From: Bacteroidia bacterium
GTDB lineage: Bacteria > Bacteroidota > Bacteroidia > UKL13-3
Assembly (NCBI GenBank): GCA_051861545.1
Contig: JBIMKP010000001.1
Location: 96,820-160,819 of the forward strand
Direction of reading: 5' to 3'
DNA: 64,000 nt
Made by a program: the position numbers and the translations under genes. Below, in pieces: positions 12,401 through 20,622 of this stretch (position 1 is the first letter of the stretch; every line of letters begins with the position of its first letter). The notes under the pieces were generated by a model. The model worked only from the letters and a program-made list of their open reading frames with translations. It was not told the DNA's origin and did not search any database.

Positions 12401-12610
12401 GTAGCTTTTTACATCGGCTCTGTTAACCCCATTCAATAAAACAGTAAGTTCAAGTGTACCAGTAGTACCATTGAAACAGACAATTTTAGGTGAAGGATCT
12501 AACGTAACGCTCTGTGCAAAAGCTCCCATTGAAACTACCCACATGAGTAGCACCAACGATAGTCGATTTAATAGAGGTTTTATCATATTCTGTTGTATAG
12601 TTTTATTCAT
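6467..12610 (-). CDS. Giant (about 2050-aa) T9SS cargo/adhesin with PKD-like modules and a type-B CTD
   Basis: The C-terminus IPNVFTPNGDNKNDFF...IYNRWGGQVFE...WNG...GTYYFILTYRLRGKTEQTVRGSITLIRE matches the type-B CTD (TIGR04131). Multiple WDFGDG / WWFGDYGYG PKD-like beta-sandwich signatures are present. The track start at 12652 is a TTG. The in-frame ATG at 12610 gives a proper signal peptide MNKTIQQNMIKPLLNRLSLVLLMWVVSMGAFA|Q. Confidence 0.85.
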   Translation of the reverse strand: MNKTIQQNMIKPLLNRLSLVLLMWVVSMGAFAQSVTLDPSPKIVCFNGTTGTLELTVLLNGVNRADVKSYDLDLGDGSKVSITTGSPVGNFYIHNYAAPGAYKIQVTAKFTNRGDLNYEYWDTVYARPVVNWNLTSFDSQCFKGNNYVFGDLSTQAPAPSSPIASRYWVWGDGSEESMPTPGGSSINHIYPIGGRRNSVTLRVTDQLGCINSQQKFVYVAPNIDAKFQVVGVPRCDTTPYIFVNKTAIPIGQVGRFRWDFGDGTSYTSRNPPIPADIAFWTSFTHNYVRGGVFAPKLFVQHRFFNCADSFDYNLSGDVLPENIVIQYDVRSRRTNQNDTIADSVCFMNRNTASVCLYNQYPLQGINAQLQLLWDFADPNANPPGSDKKLNEVSPCYKYQGLGQYFPTLTVFCPGKPAKTVNFWSRIDTVNDVMRYNSPTFPPVANPRLNTINGYIFAPRPGNTAPDSISLHRFIPDGLGAPTNITGVNNSMGTFISPNHNLQPGYQIKFTTIGAVTGIDTLTRYTLIFANGDEFALSATVGGPQITFNYPGGNLPVYRWLKPYRDSIVSYWKFFQDDTLKFNKRITRGQLFGYGVNILGPAVSIEAPPVPIVINKFLKNQCGPSFPVEFTNASSIYQSNHLYKKWDFGDNFAPACTSFSVANDLMGGPPYTNAQDMYNRTEPRFWANGQLYPGRVNCKFSHDTLPIHGYENWATVLRWHKFGHDFPPYDTTQWTTDPNLVTWNPGNPNGKRLVHPMDTLLWNKPMFSSGSAQARIDTIEMWPADLDPQTQITLNNDIPDPFANLKGFYKFTIPSGSIIRPTNAFITPIMTDKLPDGSSRRYRGTDLLPGSSKTLYDYAFERRIQQCYTVRLFMKDSVNNQSADPVKNLLRINMVGNTISIPEYHDGILLQTLRYTEGINIVNNKFFFRGPDSITVQQDAVGKFVLVEEDYGYVDEWDCGGTSTVQLPLMNPDAFGLGKDGDECPGLRSQNGGNPTFVFDRSGGSPGLAPTCGARTFLLINYDSFADRNDPNPVWNGQNTRCMLDAFVDFSGTSPMTGTTTTPGGYNMPAFYNGPNWNPNLIWQSPNGARNVTHYVPGNTPVQYSNLPKDPRGFVTIGIITGNGYASPTSNLPGCTSDTVWYHNFFHFITLDANFTYDKFDTSKFYPVIGPGNALAYVANPNYREPYCYLHGKSFYPSYPEKTNKIFGNLNTVKQDFVKSDAWVWGDDYATVDSFYTNAEDTFVAVERKGQPGVFDTLQYDAHTWPLGRIRFEYNVQTLPWTIISATHIPIGIRVLDSTRYDTVWRCDDPLRAMAPQAINRVNIRIDSAFLMEPVPHTYIQSSWEMKVASGGGSFTRRNDITPIIHVMTTTTDCQNIASRQIVIGVIDTFLIRDMKNNYDTTFCIGETVLFKDSIRYWYPKANGIYNPFRPLQAGEVEYVDIDFHGFAMRGYPVDTMKLYVNPTKYFVVPSTGTCPVAWVSTPVTVGAATALLCQKIDTFYHERIYWDFQSDGVIDKHGKNPTFQFNDPGRFKVSMITRDSLGYWDTCFQFVNVVKPNARYTSKGVFLCSDTVKFNDASFVDDWCFQNYGFSCDRFKERRWWFGDYGYGKDEYRSIEVNPTYDYRKNGWYAVRLVVETEQGCQDTLTEKIFIAGPRPRIKLLNDTLGCVPYTLRIVSYPDDSAGFSATRSTLINSGIPFEPPKLALNNPDTVTFVYTQEGTYYVNAVGYDASSPGASSCPPVIIPDTVGGTERPIKIYVKNPYSVGLFTPDTAVCVGEPFELKNRSQHDTITKYRLYNYNADYTFINDTLFKTSLPQDTSFNFYFKNKGVYHLVMHSTRFLTGAPECENKDTITMRALLSKADLKAEVMLLPKYYVTNLSDSSEAVKYIWRVTRNKDNSVFKEVTVNGNDDPNFNLGELNFGNDTGDFTICIWAYTAEPDACIDSACVVVSNAFVTDITIPNVFTPNGDNKNDFFKIDIKGEELYDLKIYNRWGGQVFESTNSTNIWNGKVNNSGADCPDGTYYFILTYRLRGKTEQTVRGSITLIRE

Positions 12611-12655
12611 TTTCAATTTCGCTAACATACGTTTAATCTCCCAAATTTTCAAACC

Positions 12656-13540
12656 TTATCTGTTTAAGAAAATAAAGCCGCCAATAACCTTTACATTCTC
12701 TTTTCCTTTGAGTTGATATTCAAGTATATACCTATATTCTCCAATTTCTGCAAGTTGTCCAGAACCTAAAACATGACCTTTCCATTTTACATTCACATTT
12801 TCTGTTTCAAAAACAAGTACTCCTTTTTTGGTGAAAATTCTCAAATGGTAAAAATCTACTGGTGGCATTTCAATCACCAATTCATCATTTAAACCATCGC
12901 CATCTGGAGAAATAGCATTGTTTACAACCGGATAATCCTTTCTATTTTCAGTTTCAACTGGTTTCACTTCGTCCTGTTTAACTTCTTCAGTAGTTTCAAT
13001 TTCAGGATTACCTTCCACAGTCTCTATTTTTGCATCTTTACTAACTAAAATATCAAACTTCGAAGCAATTGGTTCATGAACGGAAGTTTTTATTACATGT
13101 TCATTTTCATCAAGAACTTCTTTATTAAATGAATTTAGTTTCTGTTCGTCTTTTACTTCTGTATTAGGAATTGGACTTGGTTTTGTAAACTTAATAACTG
13201 GGCTTTGGGAAATTTCATTAGGACTTTCAATAATTGGAGTAGTTGCTATATTTTCAGATTTTGCTGATTCAGTTGTTTGTGTTTGCACAATATTTTCCGA
13301 AACAGGAGCTTTCTCAAATCCGCCTAATAAAAAATAGCTCGCTGTAGCAACAGCAAGGATTCCAGCAACAATGGTTGATTTAACAGCAATTGATAAACCT
13401 GAAATTGTATTTATTGATGCAGGGGCAGCCGCTGAACCAAGGTTTGAACTGATTTGAGTCCAAACATCAGCAGGAACATCAGGTGTAAAATCCTGCATTC
13501 TTTCCTTTAAGAGTTCATCAATGTTATTAATATCTTTCAC
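12656..13540 (-). CDS. Anti-sigma-factor-like single-pass membrane protein with a C-terminal type-B-CTD-like domain
   Basis: The N-terminus (DELLKERMQDFTPDVPADVWTQISSNL) resembles the cytoplasmic domains of Bacteroidetes ECF anti-sigma factors. One TM helix is present (STIVAGILAVATASYFLLGG), followed by an E/T/K-rich linker. The last ~90 aa (NNAISPDGDGLNDELVIEMP...WKGHV...GEYRYILEYQLKGKENVKVIGGFIFLNR) follow the type-B CTD pattern. GTG start 3 nt after the sigma-factor stop and 3 nt before the adhesin start. Confidence 0.6.
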   Translation of the reverse strand: MKDINNIDELLKERMQDFTPDVPADVWTQISSNLGSAAAPASINTISGLSIAVKSTIVAGILAVATASYFLLGGFEKAPVSENIVQTQTTESAKSENIATTPIIESPNEISQSPVIKFTKPSPIPNTEVKDEQKLNSFNKEVLDENEHVIKTSVHEPIASKFDILVSKDAKIETVEGNPEIETTEEVKQDEVKPVETENRKDYPVVNNAISPDGDGLNDELVIEMPPVDFYHLRIFTKKGVLVFETENVNVKWKGHVLGSGQLAEIGEYRYILEYQLKGKENVKVIGGFIFLNR

Positions 13541-13543
13541 TTT

Positions 13544-14089
13544 CTATATTTTACTTTTTTGCAGTTCATTCCAAGTTTGAGTAAAAATTACTCTTGCTCG
13601 AGACAATTGAGATTTGGAGGTTCCTTCACTAATATTTAATAATTCTGCAATTTCGGCATGCGTATAACCTTCTATTGCATACAAGTTTAAAACAGTTTTG
13701 TAGCCAGTTGCCATTTTACTCAAAACATCTAAAATTTCCTTTTGAGTAATTTTCTCAATTGCAAATCCTTGAATTTCATGATTATAGGCCTGATCTACAT
13801 CACTTTGTTCCATATAGACTTTATTTACTCTATAATGTTCTAAAGCTGTATTTATAAATACCCTTTTAAGCCAACCTTCCAAAGAACCTTTGTTACTGAA
13901 CTGATTCAATTTTGCAAAAACTTTTATAAAACCTTCTTGCAAAATATCCTTGGCATCATCTGGTGAATTACTGTACCTCAAACAGATACCATACATAGTT
14001 CTACTAAAAAACTCGTAAAACGCTTTTTGCGCTTTCGGGTCATTTTTCAAACATCCATGTATTATGGCATCATCAATTGGTTTGTTCAC
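13544..14089 (-). CDS. ECF-type RNA polymerase sigma-70 family factor
   Basis: Region-2-like LQEGFIKVFAKL and region-4 HTH YTHAEIAELLNISEGTSKSQLSRARVIF. ~180 aa. First gene of a three-gene minus-strand operon. Confidence 0.8.
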   Translation of the reverse strand: MNKPIDDAIIHGCLKNDPKAQKAFYEFFSRTMYGICLRYSNSPDDAKDILQEGFIKVFAKLNQFSNKGSLEGWLKRVFINTALEHYRVNKVYMEQSDVDQAYNHEIQGFAIEKITQKEILDVLSKMATGYKTVLNLYAIEGYTHAEIAELLNISEGTSKSQLSRARVIFTQTWNELQKSKI

Positions 14090-14227
14090 TTTTATGGTGC
14101 TTGGTATTTAGATGAAACTATTTTAGTAATGGTTGCAAGTTGCTGTTAAAATTTCTTAAAATTCTCCTAAGCTGCAAATGAATAGGCCGAATTTATTAGA
14201 AGTTTAGTATTTTAGTAAAAAAATTCC

Positions 14228-17035
14228 TTGAGAAAAATACTACTCATTTTAAGCTTTTGTACTTTTTTGTCCAATAAAAATTTTGGAAAGGAACACATAC
14301 AATCTCTTCCCAAGACTATAAAAGATTTCGAATTCATAGAAAATAAAGGTCAATGGAATAATGAGATTTTATTTAGAGCAACTTCGTACAATACTGATTT
14401 TCAAATAAAGGAAAACTCAATTCAATATTATTTCTTTGATGAAAATGCATTTAAAATGCATCACCATAAAAATGAAAATAAAGAAATTGCAAATTCAAAT
14501 CTACTTGTACATGGAATCAACATGAATTTAATAGGAGCTGAAAAAGGGGCTGATTTAGATTGGCAGGCTTCGAGTCATTATTACAACTTTTTTCAAGGAA
14601 ATAATCAAAAAAACTGGGCAAGTGGAGCTAAATCAACAAAAGAAGTTTTATTAAAAAATGTTTATTCGGGTATCTCTTTAAATGTAGCTTCAACAGAAAC
14701 TGGAATTAAATATGAATTCAGGTGTAAGCCAAATTCAAATCCTGAAAAAATAGTATGGGAAATAAACGGCGCCAATAAAATTGAATTGGAATATGGAGAT
14801 TTAAGTATTTACCATACTTATGGGAAAATGAAAGAATCGAGACCATTTTCATATCAAATAATAAAAGGGAAAAGAATTCAAATTGATGTAGATTTTATTT
14901 TAGTGGGTAATCAAATAAAATATAAAATCCCTCAAAATTACAACCCTAATTATGAGCTAATTATCGACCCAGATTTGGTTTTCTTAACTTATTCTGGTTC
15001 AACAGCCGATAATTTTGGTTGTACAGCAACACCGGGAGAAAATGGGACTTTGTATACGGGTGGGATAACCTCAGAACCTAGTTCAATAATTCCAGATGGA
15101 AAATACCCAACTACAGCAGGTGCATTTCAGCTCAATTATGCTGGGGGTGATACATCAGAAGGTGGCGATTTAAGTACTTTTCCTTGTGATATAACTATTA
15201 GTAAATATTCCTCTGATGGAACTCAGCTGCTTTGGGCTACTTACCTTGGCGGTTCAAATAATGAAATCCCTCATAGCTTGGTAGTCGATAAATTTAACAA
15301 CCTTGTTATTTTCGGCACAACGTATTCTAAAAATTTCCCTGTATCTAGTTCAGCTTATGATACAAGTAATAATGGAAGAACCGAAATAATAGTAACTAAA
15401 TTTTCTTCTGATGGTATGAGACTTGCTGGCTCTACTTATATTGGAGGCTCGAATAATGATGGACTTAATGACAATAGCGCCACAGTCTATTTCTTTGCAG
15501 ACGAATACAGAGGTGATGTAATTTGTGATGAAAATGGAAAAATTTTAGTTGCAACTGCAACAAAATCCGACAACTTTCCAGTTGTTGGAAGTCCTATTCA
15601 AAACCAACTTAAGGGCTCGCAAGATGGAGTAATACTTCAACTCGATAGTCAATTAAGAGTATTAGAATTTTCTACCTATTTAGGTGGAACTGGAGTTGAG
15701 GCACTTTATAGCATCGATATTTCAAAAAACAATGAAATATTTGTTTCTGGTGGAACAGGAAGTATAGATATGCCAAATATTTCTACAAATGCCTTAAGAA
15801 AAGAGAATTTGGGCGGAGATGTGGATGGTTTTATTTATCACTTAAACAGAAACATAAGTACAATTATTAATGCAACTTATTTTGGAACAGATAAATACGA
15901 CCAAATATATTCCTTAGACATTGACCCTGACAATCAAATTATTGTGGTAGGACAAAGTTTAGGAAATTTGCCAATTACATCAGGAGTTTACAGCGTTCCT
16001 AATAGTAAACAATTCATAAGTAGCTTAAGCCCTGATTTAAGTAAGTTAAACTGGTCTACAAATTTTGGTTCAGGAAGAGGAGTTATAGATGTTACGATAA
16101 ATGCTTTTCTGGTTGATGATTGTGGTAGAATATATCTGAGTTCATGGGGTGGTGAATTGAGTGATAAACCTAATTCTTCAACTTTAGGTTTAGAGGTAAC
16201 TCCTGATGCCTTCCAAAATAAAACCGATGGATCAGATTTTTACTTGATGTGTTTAGATAAAAATGCTAGTTCCCTTTTATACTCAACCTTTTTAGGAGGT
16301 AACTCACCCAACGCTAGTGGCGATCATGTTGATGGTGGTACAAGTCGATTTGATAAAAAAGGAATTGTTTACCAAAGTATGTGCGCAAGTTGTCCAAGAG
16401 GTAATTTAACTGGATTTATCTCAGATTTAAAAACTACTCCAAACTCTTTCAGTCCAACCAATAAAAGTCCACGTTGTAGCAATGCCGGTTTGAAATTCGA
16501 TTTTCAAATTAAAAGTGCAGAAATTACTTGGTATGCAGATACCTGTACTTCACTATTTACCTTTACGGCAGAAGCTAAAAATGCCTATAGTTTTTATTGG
16601 AAATTTCCTGATGGAACAGAATCAACTGAAAAAAATCCTGCATTAATAATCAATCCTGATTTCTATAATAAACCTATAATGCTGATTGTTAGTCCGGGTA
16701 CAGTTTGTGCAGATACAGCATTTGGCACTGTTAGTTTACCCGATTCAATTACGAAATTAACAATACCAAATGTATTTACTCCAAATGGAGATGGAGTGAA
16801 CGATTATTTTAAAATTGAAGGATTATTAAGTCAGTGTGATGAGGCTGCTGTTGAAGTTTATAACCGTTGGGGCCAGTTAATTTTTTCTGATGATAAAACG
16901 TATTTTGCTTGGGATGGTAAAGACAAAAACGGGATGGAAATAAGTGATGGAGTTTATTTCATTATGTTAAAATCGAAAAAGAAAAACGATACTGAATTTA
17001 AGGAAATTCATTCAACATTAACCTTAATTAGGTAA
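14228..17035 (+). CDS. T9SS cargo with SBBP beta-propeller repeats and type-B CTD
   Basis: Repeated YLGGS.N(D/E)... / ...NFPV motifs match SBBP beta-propeller repeats. The C-terminus IPNVFTPNGDGVNDYFKIEG...VYNRWGQLIFS...WDGKDKNG...GVYFIMLKS...STLTLIR is a type-B CTD. Apparent TTG start. Divergent from the ECF sigma operon across a 138-bp intergenic region. Confidence 0.8.
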   Translation: MRKILLILSFCTFLSNKNFGKEHIQSLPKTIKDFEFIENKGQWNNEILFRATSYNTDFQIKENSIQYYFFDENAFKMHHHKNENKEIANSNLLVHGINMNLIGAEKGADLDWQASSHYYNFFQGNNQKNWASGAKSTKEVLLKNVYSGISLNVASTETGIKYEFRCKPNSNPEKIVWEINGANKIELEYGDLSIYHTYGKMKESRPFSYQIIKGKRIQIDVDFILVGNQIKYKIPQNYNPNYELIIDPDLVFLTYSGSTADNFGCTATPGENGTLYTGGITSEPSSIIPDGKYPTTAGAFQLNYAGGDTSEGGDLSTFPCDITISKYSSDGTQLLWATYLGGSNNEIPHSLVVDKFNNLVIFGTTYSKNFPVSSSAYDTSNNGRTEIIVTKFSSDGMRLAGSTYIGGSNNDGLNDNSATVYFFADEYRGDVICDENGKILVATATKSDNFPVVGSPIQNQLKGSQDGVILQLDSQLRVLEFSTYLGGTGVEALYSIDISKNNEIFVSGGTGSIDMPNISTNALRKENLGGDVDGFIYHLNRNISTIINATYFGTDKYDQIYSLDIDPDNQIIVVGQSLGNLPITSGVYSVPNSKQFISSLSPDLSKLNWSTNFGSGRGVIDVTINAFLVDDCGRIYLSSWGGELSDKPNSSTLGLEVTPDAFQNKTDGSDFYLMCLDKNASSLLYSTFLGGNSPNASGDHVDGGTSRFDKKGIVYQSMCASCPRGNLTGFISDLKTTPNSFSPTNKSPRCSNAGLKFDFQIKSAEITWYADTCTSLFTFTAEAKNAYSFYWKFPDGTESTEKNPALIINPDFYNKPIMLIVSPGTVCADTAFGTVSLPDSITKLTIPNVFTPNGDGVNDYFKIEGLLSQCDEAAVEVYNRWGQLIFSDDKTYFAWDGKDKNGMEISDGVYFIMLKSKKKNDTEFKEIHSTLTLIR

Positions 17036-17046
17036 TTCATACAAAA

Positions 17047-17078
17047 AAAGCGAATCCATTTTACTGAATTCGCTTTTT
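17047..17078. terminator. Bidirectional terminator between the 935-aa cargo gene and sucD
   Basis: aaaaaaAGCGAATccattttactgaATTCGCTtttt: an 8-bp stem flanked by A-run and T-run. Confidence 0.6.
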
Positions 17079-17102
17079 GGAATATAAAAAGGAAATTGGT
17101 TT

Positions 17103-17978
17103 CTATTTCTTTAAGGCAGCAGCCATAGCAGCGCCAATCTCAGCAGGTGATTCAACTACTAGCAAACCGCATTCACGCATGATTGCCATTTTTGCTTCAG
17201 CAGTATCGTCTTTTCCACCAATAATTGCACCAGCATGACCCATTCTTCTTCCTGGAGGAGCTGTTTGGCCTGCGATGAAACCAACTACTGGTTTTTTATT
17301 ACCATTAGCTTTAATCCAACGAGCAGCATCAGCCTCATAACTACCACCGATTTCACCAATCATAATAATGGCATCGGTTTCAGGATCATTCATTAACAAC
17401 TCAACGGCATCTTTAGTAGGAGTTCCAATGATAGGATCACCGCCAATACCGATAGCTGTTGAAATACCTAAACCAGCCTTTACAACTTGGTCGGCAGCTT
17501 CATAAGTTAAAGTACCAGATTTTGAAACGATACCAATTCTACCTTGTTTGAAAACGAAACCTGGCATAATACCAACTTTAGCTTCACCTGGAGTAATAAC
17601 ACCAGGACAATTAGGACCGATTAAAGTACAATTTCTAGATTTGATATACTCTTTAACAGGAATCATATCTTTTACAGGAATACCTTCTGTAATACAAACA
17701 ATTACATTAATTCCAGCATCAGCAGCTTCCATAATGGCATCAGCAGCAAATGCAGGTGGAACAAAAATAATTGAAACATTAGCTCCAACAGAATCAACAG
17801 CATCCTTCACTGTATTAAATACTGGTTTATCAAGGTGAGTTTGACCACCTTTACCTGGAGTTACACCACCAACTAAGTTGGTACCATACTCGATCATTTG
17901 TTGTGCATGAAAGCTACCTTCACTACCGGTAAAACCTTGCACTATTACTTTTGAATTTTTATCTACTAAAACTGCCAT
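17103..17978 (-). CDS. sucD: Succinate--CoA ligase [ADP-forming] subunit alpha
   Basis: [45 protein letters not shown] is near-identical to the canonical SucD N-terminus. The CoA-binding and ligase-CoA domains are intact. Confidence 0.9.
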   Translation of the reverse strand: MAVLVDKNSKVIVQGFTGSEGSFHAQQMIEYGTNLVGGVTPGKGGQTHLDKPVFNTVKDAVDSVGANVSIIFVPPAFAADAIMEAADAGINVIVCITEGIPVKDMIPVKEYIKSRNCTLIGPNCPGVITPGEAKVGIMPGFVFKQGRIGIVSKSGTLTYEAADQVVKAGLGISTAIGIGGDPIIGTPTKDAVELLMNDPETDAIIMIGEIGGSYEADAARWIKANGNKKPVVGFIAGQTAPPGRRMGHAGAIIGGKDDTAEAKMAIMRECGLLVVESPAEIGAAMAAALKK

Positions 17979-18116
17979 GTTTTCAATTTTATGCGGGGCA
18001 AATATGGGTATTTTTTTTAGGTTATGTAGAAGTATTAATGATTTTCTTTTTTTCTATTGAAATAATATCAAAAACTGAAAATTAAATACTTCATATTCAA
18101 CACTATATAACTGAAG

Positions 18117-20570
18117 CTACGACATTAAAAGATTGACCTTCTGAAGTAATAAATCTTTATTAAAAGGTTTGGTTACATAATCATTCATACCAACCTGGAA
18201 ACATTTACTTTTTTCTTCGGCATCATCATGAGCAGTAACAGCAATAATTGGAATTTTATTGTCATCTGAATAAACGTCATCATTTCTAATATGCCATGTT
18301 GCCTCAATTCCATCCATTTCGGGCATTCTAATATCCATTAAAATTAAGCCGAATTCTTTTTCTTTCAGCATACTTAGTGCCTCTTTACCATTAGAAGCAA
18401 TTCTAAAATCAAATCCTGCCTTTTCTAAAATTTTGGCCATCAATCTTTGGTTCAATTGATTGTCTTCAACAATTAATATTGCACGCCTATTTTTAGCAAC
18501 AAATTCATTTTTATCTGAAAAAACGGAAGCTAAATTTTCATTTAACTCTTCTATTTCAAGTTCCACAATAAAACTACTACCCTGCCCTGGTTCGCTTAAA
18601 ACTTCTATATGACCACCTAAAATATCACACAAATCTTTCACGTTTTTTAAACCAATTCCAAAACCATTAGGGTTTTCAGGGTTTTTATATAATCCTTTAA
18701 AAATATTTTTAATCTCTTTTGCAGTTAAACCCTTTCCTTCATCACTAACCACAAATTGAATATTTACAATAGACTTACCTTCTTTATCGCGTTTAGAATT
18801 TTGCTTAACTTCAACCCTCACTGTCCCACTATGACTATGTTGAATGGCATTTGAAATAAGATTATGTAAAATAGTATTAATTTTCTGTTTATCAGCATTT
18901 ACCATAACAGGAACACCTGGGTAAACCATTTGAGTAAACATGAGATTTTTTGCCTTCGCTTTTAAATCAAAAACCTTAAAACTTTCTTCCAGAGATTCTA
19001 CAAAATGATAGGGTGATGGAATGGCTTTACTTTGATTTCTATCGATTTGTAAGTAAGCAATTAAGTTATTTAACACGAACAATAACTCATCGCTCGACAT
19101 TCTAATATTAGCCAAATATTCTTTTAACTCATTAAAGGTTTTGCTTTCCATGGCCAACTGGCTCATACCAGCAATTGCATTTAATGGAGTTCTGATTTCA
19201 TGATTCATTTGCAATAAAACATGACTCTTAGCTTTATTACTTAGTTCGAAAACCTTCCTTTGCTTATTAACATAAAAGCTATAAACCACTAAACCAGAAA
19301 GAAGTAAAAGTAAAAATAAAGCAACTCCAAAAGCAATTAAGATAATATTTTTGGTTTCGAGTTCAAGTTCTTGCTCTCTTATTTTTAAATCTTGAATTTC
19401 TTTCTCTTTTGCCAATAATTTAATCTTTGCTTCCTTTTTTTCGTTCTCGTAATTAGCCTGAATTGAATTTACCTCAGCCCTCTTGGCTTTATTAGTTAAA
19501 CTCTGTTTGATATCTTCAGCTTGTTTGGCATACATTTCCGACTTTTGATCCTCACCTCTATCGGCAAAAATATCAGAAAGAATAGTTAAAGCATTAATTT
19601 TTTCATGGTCAATTCCGTGCGTATTTGCCAATTTCAAACCTAAATTTCCAAAATAAAGCGCTGAATCACTTTTACCTAATTTTTGGTAACAGTTTGCTAA
19701 ATTTCCGCAAGCTAATACTTGTGATTTTTTATCATTCATTGCCTCATCAATCCTGTTCGATTCCAATAAAAACGGAAGTGCTTTGCGGTATTGTTTTCTT
19801 CCTGAATAGATTGTTCCAATATTATTCAACGCTGAGGAAACGTCATACGCACTGCCTTTTTCTCTAAAAACCTGTAAAGCATTTAAATAATGATAAAGTG
19901 CCTTTAAATCGTAACCCTGAGCCTGGTAAATATTTGCAAGATTATTTGAAATTTCAGCAGTCAATAAATCATCATTCATTGTTTTGTGAAGGTCTAAAGA
20001 CCTTAAATAAAACTCTTCTGCTTTTGAATGATTTCCCAACTCAGTGTATAAGGAACCAATATTATTTAAGGTCTTTGCAATACGTCTATAATCTTTTAAT
20101 TGTTCTGATAATTTTAATGAGCCTATATAATACCTTAGTGCTTTGGGGTAATCACCTTTAAAGTAGGCAAGATTTCCTAAACTATGATAAGCCAAAGAAA
20201 CAGAATACGGTTCTTTACATTTTAATCCTAAGGCTAATCCTTCCAAATACATTTGTTGGGCTTGAAGGAAATTATTTCGGTTTTTTAATAAAATACCAAT
20301 AATTACAGCGGCAGTAGCTTTTCCTTTACAAAAGTTAATTTTATTAGATAAAGCATAAGCTTGACGAGCATAACTGCCAGCTTTAGTTGTATCGGTTGAG
20401 CGAAGTGTTAATGCGATTCCATTTAAAATATCAACCCTTTGTGCATCATTCGCAAAAGGAAGCAGACTCTCTAAACTATCAAGTTCAGATTCTGCATATA
20501 CCTTGTTGTTATTTGTTGAAACGACAAATAACAACACGACCAGAAAAATTGAAACAATAGACTTCAACAT
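18117..20570 (-). CDS. TPR-repeat hybrid sensor histidine kinase/response regulator
   Basis: Signal peptide, then multiple TPR-like repeats (AYHSLGNLAYFKGDYPKALRYY...), a TM helix (IILIAFGVALFLLLLLSGLVVYSF) and a coiled coil. The HisKA H-box is MNHEIRTPLNAI and HATPase_c is present. The C-terminal receiver is ILIVEDNQLNQRLM...LILMDIRMPEMDG. Confidence 0.8.
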   Translation of the reverse strand: MLKSIVSIFLVVLLFVVSTNNNKVYAESELDSLESLLPFANDAQRVDILNGIALTLRSTDTTKAGSYARQAYALSNKINFCKGKATAAVIIGILLKNRNNFLQAQQMYLEGLALGLKCKEPYSVSLAYHSLGNLAYFKGDYPKALRYYIGSLKLSEQLKDYRRIAKTLNNIGSLYTELGNHSKAEEFYLRSLDLHKTMNDDLLTAEISNNLANIYQAQGYDLKALYHYLNALQVFREKGSAYDVSSALNNIGTIYSGRKQYRKALPFLLESNRIDEAMNDKKSQVLACGNLANCYQKLGKSDSALYFGNLGLKLANTHGIDHEKINALTILSDIFADRGEDQKSEMYAKQAEDIKQSLTNKAKRAEVNSIQANYENEKKEAKIKLLAKEKEIQDLKIREQELELETKNIILIAFGVALFLLLLLSGLVVYSFYVNKQRKVFELSNKAKSHVLLQMNHEIRTPLNAIAGMSQLAMESKTFNELKEYLANIRMSSDELLFVLNNLIAYLQIDRNQSKAIPSPYHFVESLEESFKVFDLKAKAKNLMFTQMVYPGVPVMVNADKQKINTILHNLISNAIQHSHSGTVRVEVKQNSKRDKEGKSIVNIQFVVSDEGKGLTAKEIKNIFKGLYKNPENPNGFGIGLKNVKDLCDILGGHIEVLSEPGQGSSFIVELEIEELNENLASVFSDKNEFVAKNRRAILIVEDNQLNQRLMAKILEKAGFDFRIASNGKEALSMLKEKEFGLILMDIRMPEMDGIEATWHIRNDDVYSDDNKIPIIAVTAHDDAEEKSKCFQVGMNDYVTKPFNKDLLLQKVNLLMS

Positions 20571-20622
20571 AATTTTTAATCGGGTACTAATTTAATACCT
20601 CTGCAATAGAAATTTAGAAATA

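Noticed and set aside
12471-12716. 81-aa plus-strand ORF spanning the junction between the adhesin gene start and the anti-sigma-like gene
   Set aside because: It overlaps the start region of the 2061-aa gene in antisense and has a hydrophobic, low-complexity translation with no motif. It is more likely the promoter/translational-coupling region of the operon than a gene.
17548-17838. 96-aa plus-strand ORF inside sucD, with similar antisense ORFs inside cysS (22605-22835), fumC (51999-52343), radA (59142-59336), the S41 protease gene (61047-61232, 61737-61928) and trmB (63027-63311)
   Set aside because: They overlap well-supported conserved genes on the opposite strand and show no independent signal.
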